In this document: positions 24,833 through 38,212 of the stretch, piece after piece
How positions within the stretch are numbered: the stretch's first letter is position 1
Layout of the letters: each line of letters begins with the position of its first letter
Origin: Neodothiora populina
Lineage: Eukaryota
Reading direction: 5' to 3'
DNA: 64,000 bases
Assembly: GCF_041146345.1 (NCBI RefSeq)
Contig: NW_027191413.1
Location: 2,852,001 to 2,916,000 of the forward strand
The notes under the pieces: model-generated
The model's input: the letters and a program-made list of their open reading frames with translations, nothing else
What the model was told of the DNA's origin: nothing
Databases searched by the model: none
Program-made: the position numbers and the translations under genes

Positions 24833-24876
24833 AAGCGATCCACTATGGGTACGATCCGTTATGGGGTAGACGAGCT
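24833..24876 (-). repeat. Right terminal inverted repeat (44 bp)
   Basis: Exact inverted copy of 23071-23114, followed by TA. Confidence 0.97.
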
Positions 24877-25192
24877 TAAGATAAGCACCAGCCACTGCCA
24901 CTCCGGTATGGGGTTCGGTTTCATCTGTGTTCGTGTCAAGTTGCATATTTACTGGCATTCTACCATATTTAACCGGATACTGCCCCTCCATCCCACCATG
25001 AGAAAGGCTAAAAGCGCAGGCTAGGTAAATATACTGATATGGTCACTCTGGCTGAATGCGACCTGAGATGGACCTGTATATTTGTCTTAAAGTCCATGTA
25101 AACATCAAGAGCTTCCTGGAAGAATCGTACTATTGTCACTCCCCTCAGCTGAATCAAACGTGCTATTTGTGATCAACAAGAAATTACTCGCA

Positions 25193-26201
<1,009 letters not shown>

Positions 26202-29200
26202 GTCATACTAAAAAATGCCTGCTCGAGAGCGGCGGCATTGCCTGTGGGGGTTTAATTGAAGTACTATGCGAACAAGCCTGCGCTGGGAGGCGGGATCCAC
26301 TATATCAGCAAAGTAATCGGACCTTTGGGTACAGGTAAATGGACATAACTAGAGCGATAGAGATAGCTCGCGGCCGACTCGTACAGAGAGCGCGCGCGCA
26401 GTCATGTATATAGAAAGAGCATGTCGCTAGCTGTGCGCCGAGAGAAATGCAATTTCCTCTGAAACTACGCCATCGCATCAGCTCTGAGTGACAGGAGAAG
26501 ATAAAAAAGTTTTCAGTAGATCCAAGGTGAGCTTCACCGCTCGACTGAACGTTTTTGCTATATTCAAAAGCACTCATGAGAAAGTTGCATCGCTCAAGTC
26601 CGAGCAATTGATATCCCTCTCGCAGCATTGGTTCAATATATTTAGATCAGAAGGGAGGTAGCAAGTCAGCCAAGACTGCAACGGCGCCGTATCCGAGTAA
26701 GGGGTCGCACCGTATGGACCACGATTGCAGATCATCTCATGCACGAGGACAGTATCAGTTAAAGCCGGGAGTTATATACGGAAAATTCTCGTAAAGTATT
26801 GTGAATAGCAAGCAAGCTGCCACGGTAGCTCAAGGTAGATGATAGTAGTGGAAACTGTGGCGACGAAGGTTGCGAGCGTGCGCGAACGTGCAACACCTTT
26901 CTTTCTTTCTTTCTTCCTTTCTTTCTTTCTTCTTCTTGCTCTTCGGTAGACCCTGGCAAATGAATGTGTGTGTTGCATTCGTCTGAATAAGGTAAGCATA
27001 GTTCTGTCGAGCAAAAGCCGTTCAACGATTGCCAAGATTGAGTTCAAGGTATGCTAAAATGGCTGCTCGTCAGCCGTGAAGCAAATCGAACGATCAAGAT
27101 CCCAGCTGAGTTTCTGCTCCCGGGTCAAGATGGACACCCGTCTGGGGCAGCAACCTAAGGTATGAACACGGGTGAAACTTTAGTGAGAGAATGACGAAAT
27201 AAGCGGCGCATTGGTAGGACTGTTACAGCGCACGCCTCTGGTTTCATATTTTCACATGTTCCCATGGAAAACGAGAGTGATTAGGACAAAGCTAAGGAAT
27301 CGCAAATCAAGGCAGCGGCCGTGGATTTCATGATAAGGGCCGGGATAATGACAGGCCAGTCGAGAAAGACAATCGGGGCGGGGCATAGTAAACAGTCGGT
27401 CTGCATCAGTGCTAGATAGACAAGGTCAAGTGAACGTTGATTGAATCTCTAGCCGCAGCATGACTTGCAGCACACAGTACAACGATAATGAGATCCCTCA
27501 TCGGCCAGTCGTTGAGGGTGTTGCAGGAAAGAAAGGGTGATTGGCTATCGGCCGAGTGTGTGATTTAGTGGGAAAAGTAAAGATCCGTCGAAGCCGGAGG
27601 GGGGAGAGATGGTGGGCAATGTGCATAGGGCGACGGGGTTCATGCATAGTGCTATCACGACTTATGCCGAACGAACCCCATAAGAAGTGAGCGACAAGAT
27701 GTGATACACGACATACGCACGACACACGAATACTCAGCAGCAGCACGCGGCGGGTTAAGATGGGGTGAAGCAGCAGCAGAAGCACACTAAAACCAAGCAG
27801 GCCAAGGGTAAGACACCGAGTCGAGACGCGGTGATGGATGGGATCATCAGAGTTTCAGTGACGATTTGCGCGACTTTGGGGGTGCGAGGGACTCTGGAGT
27901 GGTTCGTAAGGTTTTGGCGTGAACACGCTAAGACGAAACCGCAAAACGTGGTGGTGAGAGGTCAAGGACACGGACCCACGTCTGCCGCTCTTTAGGAAGC
28001 GGCAGCGGACAGGAAAAGACGAGGGAAGAGGGCACGATCTGTGGTCTCCACACAGCTAAGGCAAGCAAGCGTCAGAGAGTGAATTGTTGCTAAGTAGTAT
28101 AAGCACTCGGGGGCCCGCCGGGGTGTTCGTTGGTTCGCAGAGACTCGAGGAAGAGATAGAAGGTCCATACCTGTTCGTCTCCCATATAATTCCAGTTTGT
28201 ATTGCACTTCAGGAGACCAAGCCTTTCCCGCTCGTCCCTCGATAGCTGCGAATTGCACATCTTTTGATTCCCTCTTTACACTGTACATATCATCACAGTA
28301 CTCTTGTTACCTGGCTGCAATATCGCGCGCATCAAGAAGCAGAACCCTGGCGCAACATCAATCCCTACCTCGACTTCCACTCATCCACTGCAAATCTACT
28401 AGGTTGTTGTCACCGTCTTCGTTGTCGTCGTCAGCAGCAGCAGCAATAGCAGCAGCAGCGACTTGTTGTAGTTGTACAATCTACCACAGCTACCAATCAA
28501 GCGCAGCCATTCTCAAACTCGCTGGCAGGCTTTCTGACAAGATAACCCCAGCCGCGGTCTCGCCAGGCCTGTTCCTGATCAGACCAGTCTTGTCCGGATC
28601 AGCCGTGGACCGCTCATCATTGGCAGATAATCGCACGACAAGCATAAGGTACCCAAGTCCAAGTCCGCAATTGCGCAAGCATCAGCAGCAGCAGCAGCAT
28701 CATCAGCATCAGCGGGGTGCAAGCGACGAGGAGGGTTCATAAGCTTCGCATCTTTCCAGGATCCTACATATCCCAGACTTTTGTTGTGCTGAGTTGCTGC
28801 ATATCGCTGCATAAGGCACATCCCTACTTACCGTAAAGTACCTGCTATCGTACTTGACGTACCCGCCACTCTTTTGCCTTTTCGTACTCGTACTGAGTAA
28901 CCAAGTACCCGAAAACGTTGGTTTGTACTACTTGTACATCCCCGCAAGCCTTAATTTTGCCTTGCAGAGTTGCAATCAATCATCAGATCTTGTTCTCCAG
29001 ACCTGCTTCGCGATTGAGGCTTTAGGCTCACGGCGGCTTGAGATTTGAGATTGCAGAGAGAGACCGACGGAGAGAAAGGAAGATAGAAACAAGCTCGCTC
29101 AGAGCCGGGCAGGCTACTCGCAAAGCACAAGGACCAGGCCGGGTAGCATCAACAAGCATCAAGGCAGTGGAGAGCGAGGATATACAAGTATCATTATACT

Positions 29201-29524
29201 CGTCCCGCCCGTCGACTGTACTTGCATCCGCTTGTCGCTGCAGTCCGTCTTTGCTGTATCCAGTATCCACAGTACTGCAATTGTACACCAAACCCCTCCG
29301 CCGAGCAAGTGGGGTAGAGTGCAATTTATCCATTGTCTATATTGACAGCGGACAACACATCGAGAAGCACAGGCAGCGCACGATTCACCGATTCACCAAT
29401 TCTCAATTCTCACTTCTCGCTTCCTTGAAGCAAAGCCCCTAGCTCTGCACATCACAATTCGGCAAACACGCCAAACACTCCAATCGCTCTAGAAGCGGAA
29501 GGAACGTTGTCCAAGCAATTCATC

Positions 29525-30775
29525 ATGGCAGCCTCCGTCGACTATCACCACACCCCCTCCTTCACCTCTTCCATACCCCATCGGCGGCCACTCCCCGCTG
29601 GAGCCCATCCTCAATTCCCGCCCGTCGTTGTCCAACCCGATCAGTTCTCGCACGCGCGCTCACGCACATTGTCGTCTAATGTTCTTCCCCCGAGCCCTTA
29701 TCCTCAATACACAGCCTCAATGGTGCCGAACGTGCCTCCGCAATCCTCCAATCGACGGACCCTCTCCAATGCCACCACCTCTACCACCGCCTCGTCGAAC
29801 GCCTCCCTCGGAACGCCGCCGTCAAACGCCCGACCGCTGTCACAAGCGCCCTCGTCGTATGCCTCTTCCATCCGCCGATCCACCTCGTCCCGATCTGGAG
29901 CCAGTCAGGGTCCGCCCGGCTCGTATGTAGCACTGCTCCGGAAGCAGAAAGCCACGGTCTGGTGCGACCGCGCACAGCACGAAGACCCCCGCCTGCTGGC
30001 ACAGCAGAGAGCCGCCAAGATGCGCGCTCAAGCCGAAATGGTCGGTGGAGCCAAGTCACACCTCGCCACCGGCAGAAACCACAACTCGGGCAGTGGAGGA
30101 ATCACAGGTGTTCGAAGCAAAATCCGCCATCATGGCGCCGTAAAAGCATCGGCATACTCTGGCGGTTTGGGCACACAAGGCAATCTCAGCGGCGCTGGTG
30201 TGCCAATGCGCTTGTCCGCTTCCGAGGTCGATGACGAGAAAAACTCGGAGAACGGCGAAGACGTGCACGAACGTCGATACCACCAGCGCAATGGCAGTGG
30301 CAGAAGCAGTCTTGGCTCCAATCATCGCACACAGAGCGGTCACTTCTCTGTCAACGGTGTAGTCGCCCCGACTCCCGGCATGGCGATTCGCACACGAGGA
30401 AGCAATGCCTCGACACCGCCAGGCACCAGCCCCGTAGATGCCCGTCGCAACAGCCTGCCTCTTTCCCAGCACATGCCCTCGTCGACCCCTACCTCGACCG
30501 CTGAAGAGACGCCCATGCCCGACATGTACGCCTCATCACGCGCTGACTACTTCACCCAACGGGGTAGCAACGGCGGCAGCGGCAGCAACAGCGGCAGTAG
30601 CTCCGAAGAGCGCTTTGGCGATGTCAGCGCCCTGCATCAGTACGGCGGACAGGCCGAGCAACAACAAAAGAAGACGAGTGACGAGCTCAGGAGAAGAGGC
30701 AGCGTCGACGATCGAACAATGACCATGAGCGGCGTCCGACTGTTCGTTGCCAATCCTGACATGGACAGTGATTGA
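29525..30775 (+). CDS. Conserved fungal hypothetical protein (416 aa), mostly disordered
   Basis: Single-exon ORF with coding-like GC3 bias. Non-low-complexity islands are YVALLRKQKATVWCDRAQHEDPRLL, VPMRLSASEV and LRRRGSVDDRTMTMSGVRLFVANPD. The first ATG is at 29525. Confidence 0.8.
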   Translation: MAASVDYHHTPSFTSSIPHRRPLPAGAHPQFPPVVVQPDQFSHARSRTLSSNVLPPSPYPQYTASMVPNVPPQSSNRRTLSNATTSTTASSNASLGTPPSNARPLSQAPSSYASSIRRSTSSRSGASQGPPGSYVALLRKQKATVWCDRAQHEDPRLLAQQRAAKMRAQAEMVGGAKSHLATGRNHNSGSGGITGVRSKIRHHGAVKASAYSGGLGTQGNLSGAGVPMRLSASEVDDEKNSENGEDVHERRYHQRNGSGRSSLGSNHRTQSGHFSVNGVVAPTPGMAIRTRGSNASTPPGTSPVDARRNSLPLSQHMPSSTPTSTAEETPMPDMYASSRADYFTQRGSNGGSGSNSGSSSEERFGDVSALHQYGGQAEQQQKKTSDELRRRGSVDDRTMTMSGVRLFVANPDMDSD

Positions 30776-31940
30776 ATGACAACAGAAGAAAAGACGGACA
30801 AAGTGCACGAGATCGGCTAATATGTGCATGCATTGCGGCTGCTGGACCAGCCTTTTGAACTTTTATACACCCCAATGAGCGGTAATGATGACGGATGCAT
30901 GATGTTGATCGGACGTGGAATGAGGACCTGGTTGGATTTCCTGCAAGAGAAAGAGAGAACAGCACCGACGGTGAGAAGAAGAAGAAGAGGAAGAAGAGTA
31001 AACAGCCGAAGCGCACAGCATAGAGTCAAGCAGGCATGTTCCTGCATTTATTCCCTTCTGCTTCGCCACCTTTTTCGTCGCTTTCCTTTTCCTGCATCTT
31101 GACATAACACCGGTTGTGGTGATGTCGAAGATGGCGAGGGAAAGAATGACTGACACATTTCCTTTTAATTATTCCCTTTTCTTGGAAACATCATTTGACC
31201 TACACTTGTTTTGTCAGTCGTTTGTTTCCTTTCATGGGTATACCACAACAGAATCCGGCGCAATATAGAAATTTCTCTTTAGCATCTTATCGAAACTTGC
31301 TCATCAACATGTCGCTCTGGTTTTCTCTCAGCTCCACCGTCTCTTGTCTCATTGTTCCATCACATTTCAATTCGTGCTTCTCTGGAGGGAGAAGAGGACA
31401 GTGCTTCCTGCATCTACTGTTGCTCGGCTGCATCGCTCTTTCCTTTCTCGTGTCCCTCTCTTATCTACTAAGTGCTAAGTGCGCTCAGCAGTCACTCACG
31501 ATTACCTGCCCCATTTGTTTCACAAGCGTCACTGCCTTCCCAAGCAATTCGAGGGTAGACATAATATCAAATCAATCTACACCTATGACCCGCTGAGCAT
31601 GTGGAATGCTCATGTTGGCGCTTGTCCTCTTCATTTCTTGCATTTCCGTGTTATTACTATGTTTATGAATTGGTGCAATTACAATTCACTAACTTCGCAA
31701 TCATAATCTCGAGGAGTGGAGTTGGTGAATTCGTTTCAACCCAACGGAAGGGGGAAACGTGTATTGATTAAATTCATTAATAAAGAAACCAAAAGGACAA
31801 GACATCGAAGATGCATGAGGAAGACTGGACAGATGGTACCATGGGCACCAGACTCGACGATCTTCCGTGTATAAAAGGGCGCCTCCGTGTCTAAAGCAGG
31901 AAAGGGCTGGTGAATCGAAAGGAGAAGAACAAAGAAACAA

Positions 31941-33467
31941 TCAAGGCCACCTACTCATATCTTCCGCCATTTCATCTCGCAGACATCTCCCCTGTACGCC
32001 GACAACCTCCCTCAGATACTCCAGAGTTGAAGGGTCCTCACTGAACATGCCCGCGCCCCGGATACCACACCTGATGTTCTGCGCCGCTCCCATCAGTCTG
32101 CCTCTGTCGTCAACACCAGACAACTTCAGTCTCAACTTCTCCTTATCTTTCCTGAGCTTGTCCTCTTTCTCTTTCTGCAGCCGCGCGGACTCTTTGTCAA
32201 ACTTCTTGCGCTCCTCAGCCGACATATAAGTCCGGGACTTTTCTAGACGCTCGCGTTCGTCGTCTGCGTCCTCGAGCTGCTCGCGCGACTTCTGGGCTGT
32301 TTTGGCAGCTTTGTCCACGCCTGCGATCATGGATGCTGCATCTTGATGATGGAACAGCTCGGGCGTCACTGTCCAGCATCGGAAGCCTTTGTCTCGGCAG
32401 GTTTCGAGGATGCGCACATCGTAGGCTTGACAGCCGCCTTCTTGCTCGCGAGGCGCGATCTCATGGAGTAGGCGGTAAGCTGCGTGTCGTGTGAGGGCGA
32501 AGCCAAACGTGCAGAGGGGGTTTATGGATTTGTGCAAGATGCGCGTCTCGGTGCCGATGCCCAGACGAGTCAGGAAGCGGCGGGTGAATGTGTGCAGGCT
32601 ATGAAGGGGCGGCACTGAAGGGTCCTCGAAGCTGGCTTTGGAGCGGATCTCGTCGTTCCAAGTTTCGGGGTAGAAGCGATCGCCGCAGTGGCCGAGATAC
32701 ATCAAATCCCACGAGGCATTGCCGGAGGTTTCTCCCCAGTAGCCGCCTGCTGAGGCAGTCGACATGAACGAGGATTCTTGCACAACAATGTTGCGGTTCT
32801 TGTCGCCACGAGAGGACGTCTGGTTGATTCCGGCCTCTCGAGCTGTCAGGGTACGAGCTGCAGCTGCCACGCGCGGCACTTGCTGCGTACGAAGGCGGAT
32901 ATCCCAGTCCACATCATCCTCGAGGATGAGAACAGTCTCGAGATCGGTCGAGAGGAACCAGCGAAGGGCGTTTAGGTGACCAAGCCACGCCAGCGCGGAT
33001 CCTCGTGTCATGCGCGTCTCCTTTGGAGGCCTCCGTAGTCTGTCGACATCTTCGTCTGTCCAAGCTGGCTGGTCTGGGATACTAATGTTGAGGTCTGTTA
33101 TGTATGCTGCAGCTAGCAGGCCTTGACGTCGAGGAGAAGTGGCGTGCGAGACAGCAACGATGGCGCCGAACTATAAAGGTTTCATGTCAGTCTTGTCATA
33201 TCAAAGGAACATATACCAGCAGCTGCTTACCCCGAGAGTCGAGTTGGCCGGCTCGATACCTGGCGGTAGTGCCGGCTGTGTGATAGGCGCCTCCTCGACT
33301 ATCGGCTCTTGCTCTTGTATTGAATCTGCAGGCACATGTCTGTGAAGGACGCCACGTTCTAGCCCAGATAATGAGGGTAGTTCGACCGCATCTCCTTTGG
33401 AGTATATCAAAAACACAAGAGCGCAGAATGCGACAATGACGAATAGTCGCCGTCGTCGTAGCTCCAT
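31941..33467 (-). CDS. Glycosyltransferase family 25-like type II membrane protein (~488 aa), 2 exons
   Basis: N-terminal RRRR followed by a TM segment. ANSTLG/FGAIVAVS is joined by intron 33230-33171 (GTAAGC...ACTGAC...TAG). Motifs AWLGHLNAL, LILEDDVDWD (DxD), WDLMYLGHC, PLCTFGFALT and PELFHH. Confidence 0.85.
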
Positions 33468-34850
33468 TCCTTTGGCTTTCTGACTAGTACGTGAGGATAA
33501 CGAAAACCTGGACTCCTTGCGGCTGTATCTCTTCAGAACATACAGGTCAAAATACGCCAGCGCAGACGAAACGAATGATATACACGGCGCCCAGTAAAGG
33601 AACAATACGAGAAGTGATACGAAGGTATGATAGTTGTTACATGAAGAGCAGCGAAACGGCTGACTGCGACTACTTACTTTACCTCCACTTCAACTAAAGG
33701 AGTAGACTACGGGTGGAGACTTGTGCGATCCTGTTATCTGCGCTATTGTCTACGGCACATGTACGCTTTGCAACGTCTTGCCTGGAAAAGTCCATGGGAT
33801 GGTGGTTGTACGTTGCCAAGATGAGTGCATGTCGACCCTTTTCAGCTCCTTTTGGCTGTGACCACGCCTTGGCAAGGGGCGACTGTTTCTCTATAGTGTC
33901 TACTAACCTTTTATTAAGTTATCGATTTGCCGATCGTCTTTGCTTGAATGTACGAAGAATGTCAACGACTGTCTCTTGCATTGAATATAAATCTGCTTCC
34001 TGTCGTCTTGTTCGTCATGTGCGATCGTGGGACTTGGGTAAATGCGATAGGCAATCGTCGTTGGCATTCTGGGGCTAGACTGCAAGAAACAAAACGTTTG
34101 GTCGCAACTAACCCCGGCTCTAACAGTAAGTCCGTTGCATTGATAAATCTCTACTTAAACCCCTAATGGTCCCCCTTTTGCCTACAGCATGTACAAGTAC
34201 CTGGGTTTGCTCATTTCTCCCAATGTTGTGGGCACTGTGATCTGATGCTGCACGACGGAGAAGTCAATTTCGATGCAGGCTGTCAACTTCATCCGATCTC
34301 GTCTATCACTGGACTCCAGCATTAAGCGCAGTTGGAGGAAGCCGATGACAAGGATCTCCCTTATACTGGCGGGGGATGGCAGAAGCCTGTCCGAATTTCC
34401 AGCCCGCAGCCTTTTAGGCTGATACATCGAGGCCTTATCTACAGGCCAAATAGTACAAGCCGTCCAAAGATCAAGCCCCGATAAGACCTTTGTACGACTA
34501 TGGGACTCCATCTGTACATCTAATAGTCTGTCTGCCGAGTCGGATCTCGTGGACCTTTTATTGTAATTGTGGGGTAAGTGTTTTACAACGCATAATAGCT
34601 GTAGTGGTGCTTTTATCGTACTACTATTGACCCTCGAGCTCGATTCCTAGCTCTTCCATTCCTCACCCGTTGTAACCCCTGCCGCGTCTTGCTTTTTTGC
34701 TTATGTCGACATACACACGTACGTCCTCTGTTGTTCGCGTTTCCATCTGTCATTACAACATAGCAGTCATCCGGAAGATATTCCGGGATTTCTACTTCAA
34801 GTTTGTTGTGTTCTTATTTCATTGACCAGTCAACAAAACCGACGATTACT

Positions 34851-35849
34851 ATGCCCTGGGGTATCAGCGAGGCAACCCCAGCCGACATTCCCACGATTAC
34901 ATCAATCTTCCTATCGGAGGACGAGAGCGCGAACCCCTTCATGCAATTATGTCTGGGTAGCGTGAATCGATATGCAGTCAACATGCGGCAGTCGACTCGC
35001 ATCAGCGAAGCCCTCAACGATCCCGATACCAAGTACATGATCGCGCGTGACAGGGACAGCAAGAAGACCGCCAGCTTTGCGCAATGGCAGCTGCCGCGAC
35101 CGCCGGGGGACGCTGTGCCAGAAATGGATGCTGACGAAGTGGTAAGAAAACTTTTGACTTGACTTTTTGCTTCGTTTCCCTTTTTGGCTCTGGAATCAGA
35201 GAGCGGAGAAGGAGAAGCCTCTCGCTCACTTTCGAGCTGTAGGAAGCCGAACACGATGCGTACAGGAAAGCACTCACGCCAGGCATGAACGCTGAGCTAT
35301 GCGTGAGATTCAAGGATGAGATTGAGAGCTTGAGAGCGCGAGTACTGAAGGGGCGAAGTCACTACCGTAAGTATCCCATGTCTGACTCGATTGAAAGAAA
35401 TGGCGTGATCCTTGTTACCATCTATATGGTTCATCCAACCCCAATCTTCCCATATCGTTGTAATGCCCCATATCACAGACCACTGGGGAGCAAGTAGCAG
35501 GAACATTATCATCTCGCTAGAGCCAAACTCACGCCGCTCTTCGCCGTATCTAGTCCTCATGAACCTCGGCACCGCGCACTGGGCCCAGCGCAAAGGCGCC
35601 GCCACATCGCTAGTCAGCTGGCCCTTCGCCATCGCCGACGAGACAAACACTCTGGTCTACCTAGACACGGCCATCGACGGGCCCGGACGCCAGCTGTACG
35701 AGAAGCTGGACTTCAAGCCCGTCGGAGAGTGCAGTATTGATCTTGCGCAGTATGGGGGCCAGGGCTGTCATGTGCATGTTGCTATGATTAGGTATCCTCA
35801 GGGAAAGAAGGATGAGGGCGTCGAGATGCCTGATTTCGGGGGTGCTTGA
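34851..35849 (+). CDS. GNAT-family N-acetyltransferase, 3 exons
   Basis: Introns 35142-35242 and 35367-35553 join three ORFs in frame. Motifs ATPADIPTI, SFAQWQL, LGTAHWAQRKGAATSLV (acetyl-CoA motif A) and YLDTA...GRQLYEKLDF. Confidence 0.85.
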
Positions 35850-37874
35850 TCTTGTGGGATTCTCATTCTTTCGTGCGACTGGCATTGACTTGTGGTTTTT
35901 TGTTTGTTTGTTTGTTTGTGTTGTCGAGGAAGGCTTTTCGGGAGCATAGCGTAGCGTAGCGATATCCACTGTTCATGACATGTTTCATCAATCACAGTCT
36001 GTCTCACTCTGCCGCAGCCAAAGTGCTCAAACTCACGCGTGACGAGCCTCGTAGCCAAGCTTCATCGATTTCGGATAATAGAGTCGTCGAGGTTGAGTAC
36101 TGTAAATGCAGATCTAATCTTCTCACAGAAACGAGTATGTAGACAGGGTCGCCCTCCAGAATTTAACCATCTTGGTCCCTTGGCTGTTGAAGACGGGACA
36201 AACCACGCATTGCTCAGGCGAGTCGTAACACTGCCAACACAAACTACAATCTCTGTGAATGGGTTTACATGGCTTTGTATTCCGAGACAACGAAATATCC
36301 TGGTAGGCCGAATACATAGGACTATTTGGACCGGAAAGAGGTGTGGGTCTCTGGTCGTAATCGACAATGGCACCTGCACTTCATCACCTACGCGAGGCAT
36401 TTTGCTACTTGTTGTCCATCGCTACTCTTTCCATCTTCTTTACTGCTAGGGAGAAGTATAGTCTCAAAGACTGCAATTGCGATGCCCGCGGTCGAGGTCG
36501 CATGATGACAGAAGAATGGAGCCTCGTCGACCAGGGAAAAGGTCCTTCGGCCGCTCAGGTTTTGCTATGTACGTCCTCGCTGTGGTCTGCCGCGTCGAGC
36601 TCCATGTTCTGATTCGCTGTGTCGCCTACCTGCATGACCAAAAGCAAGACAAGATCACAACAATGTTCTTTATGTCAAGGTCACAAGAGCCTGCAGCAGA
36701 CGCAGACGGAAGGGCTGCCGAGGGTTCGTGGAGTTCGTTCGAGGAACAAGGACAACGTCCTGTGGGCGATGGACATGTAGGAGATGAAGTCCTCGAAGTG
36801 AAGTGGCGAGGTGCAACCGCGTCTGACCTACCTACAAACCCGGCCTTTGTCATCCGCTCAGTGGCGTTTTGCATATCCCATGTCGAGATGATTGCACGAG
36901 TCCGGTTCCACCATCGGCGTCTGCCGACTACGACTCACCTCCTCAGATGGAGAACAAGATAATTGTGATGGTTCGCTATCAACTTCCAAGACTATGAAGC
37001 GGGCGACCGAGGTCCAATACTCGATATCAAGCAATCGCCATTGGCGGAACAACTCGACGCCAGAGGGTGCGGATGGGTTGCTTATCTCAGAGGCTTGTGT
37101 TTCCAAGCCTGACGCCCGCGGATAGTCGAGACGAAGGTTCAACTGACACTGCTTGGCCGGATGAATCCTGGTCTTTCTTGTTACGCTGCGCGTCGGTGTT
37201 GTATTGGAAGAATGCAACTGTGAGACAGGTACCGATTCCTTGAGGGCAAGATTGTCAGAATCCGAAAGAGACCTGTCGAGATAACATTTGCGGCTCAATG
37301 AACCGAGTCACTGCAAAAGTGATATGCGAAGAGTTGTGACTGCCTTCAAGAACAGGTGACTCCAAGGTCGGCGTCTCCACCTATTCTACCCCTCTGTAGG
37401 ACGGATGTTTCCGTCGCTGTCAAGGGTCTCCGACAAACAGCATATTGTCACGTTTGCCCGCATTCTTTTGCGGTTGAAGTGTTAGTCGGACGGAATCATT
37501 TTTACACTGGTACTGTGTACCTTGCTAGAGAAAAAGCACAAGTGATGTCAAGCATATCCGACGTCGCTTGGTTACATCAAGATTTCAACGTTTTTGCTTG
37601 GCGCATCTCCACCGAGACGGCGATATCATATCTCTTGATGGCAACAGGACTCACAATCGCAGTAAGCAAGAGCCAAATGTTATCAAGATTGTTTATCCAG
37701 ATTACAATGAAGCAAGGCAAAGGGCGGAGGAAGGATAACATGTGTGTATATGCGAAAAGAATCCAGATAGTGAATGTCACCGGAGCTCACCGATGAGATT
37801 TCTAACGATAGCAGAAACAGTGTATGATTGGCGGTCGCAAAGTGTTCTCGAAGGTCCATGGCAAAGCCAAGACT

Positions 37875-37893
37875 AGATAAGCGCACTAGATAA
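37875..37893 (+). promoter_or_regulatory. Paired HGATAR (AreA/NIT2-type GATA) sites upstream of the NCS1 permease
   Basis: AGATAA occurs at 37875 and 37888 within an ACTAGATAA direct repeat, about 320 bp before the ATG, with more GATA cores at 37680-37810. Function is inferred only. Confidence 0.35.
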
Positions 37894-38212
37894 AGCAAAT
37901 AGTATCGCTGTTCGGGAAGAGCACACGAGATTACCTGCCGAATCAGGCAATTTGCGATGTGCTCTCCGAGGTCTCTCAGCCCACATGAAGAATAATATAT
38001 TCAGGGCTTTTGCCTTCGACAAGCGGTGGATATGGTAGTTGGAAACTCTCTTTGTTCTTCTCCCCTTCTTCTCTCCTCCCCAATCGTTGGGGTAGCCAGT
38101 TGACCTCGTCTGGGCATTAGAGACTATCTGAATAGAGGTGTATAGACCTGCTTAGCCCAGTACTCTTGAAGAGTCAGGACTTTTCAGCCCCTCCCGCACA
38201 GACGAATTGAGA

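Larger units (their letters stand above)
23071..24876 (-). mobile_element. Intact pogo/Fot1-like (Tc1/mariner superfamily) DNA transposon, 1806 bp
   Basis: Perfect 44-bp terminal inverted repeats at 23071-23114 and 24833-24876, TA on both sides (23069-23070 and 24877-24878) and a full-length transposase inside. Confidence 0.97.

Noticed and set aside
26300..29500. Short ORFs in the long region upstream of the 29525 gene
   Set aside because: Low-complexity, UTR- or promoter-like sequence with no coding signal. No structured RNA was recognised.
36000..37800. Several 80-160 aa ORFs on both strands between the GNAT and NCS1 genes
   Set aside because: I found no motifs, codon bias or consistent splice model. 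A decayed gene is possible but unsupported.
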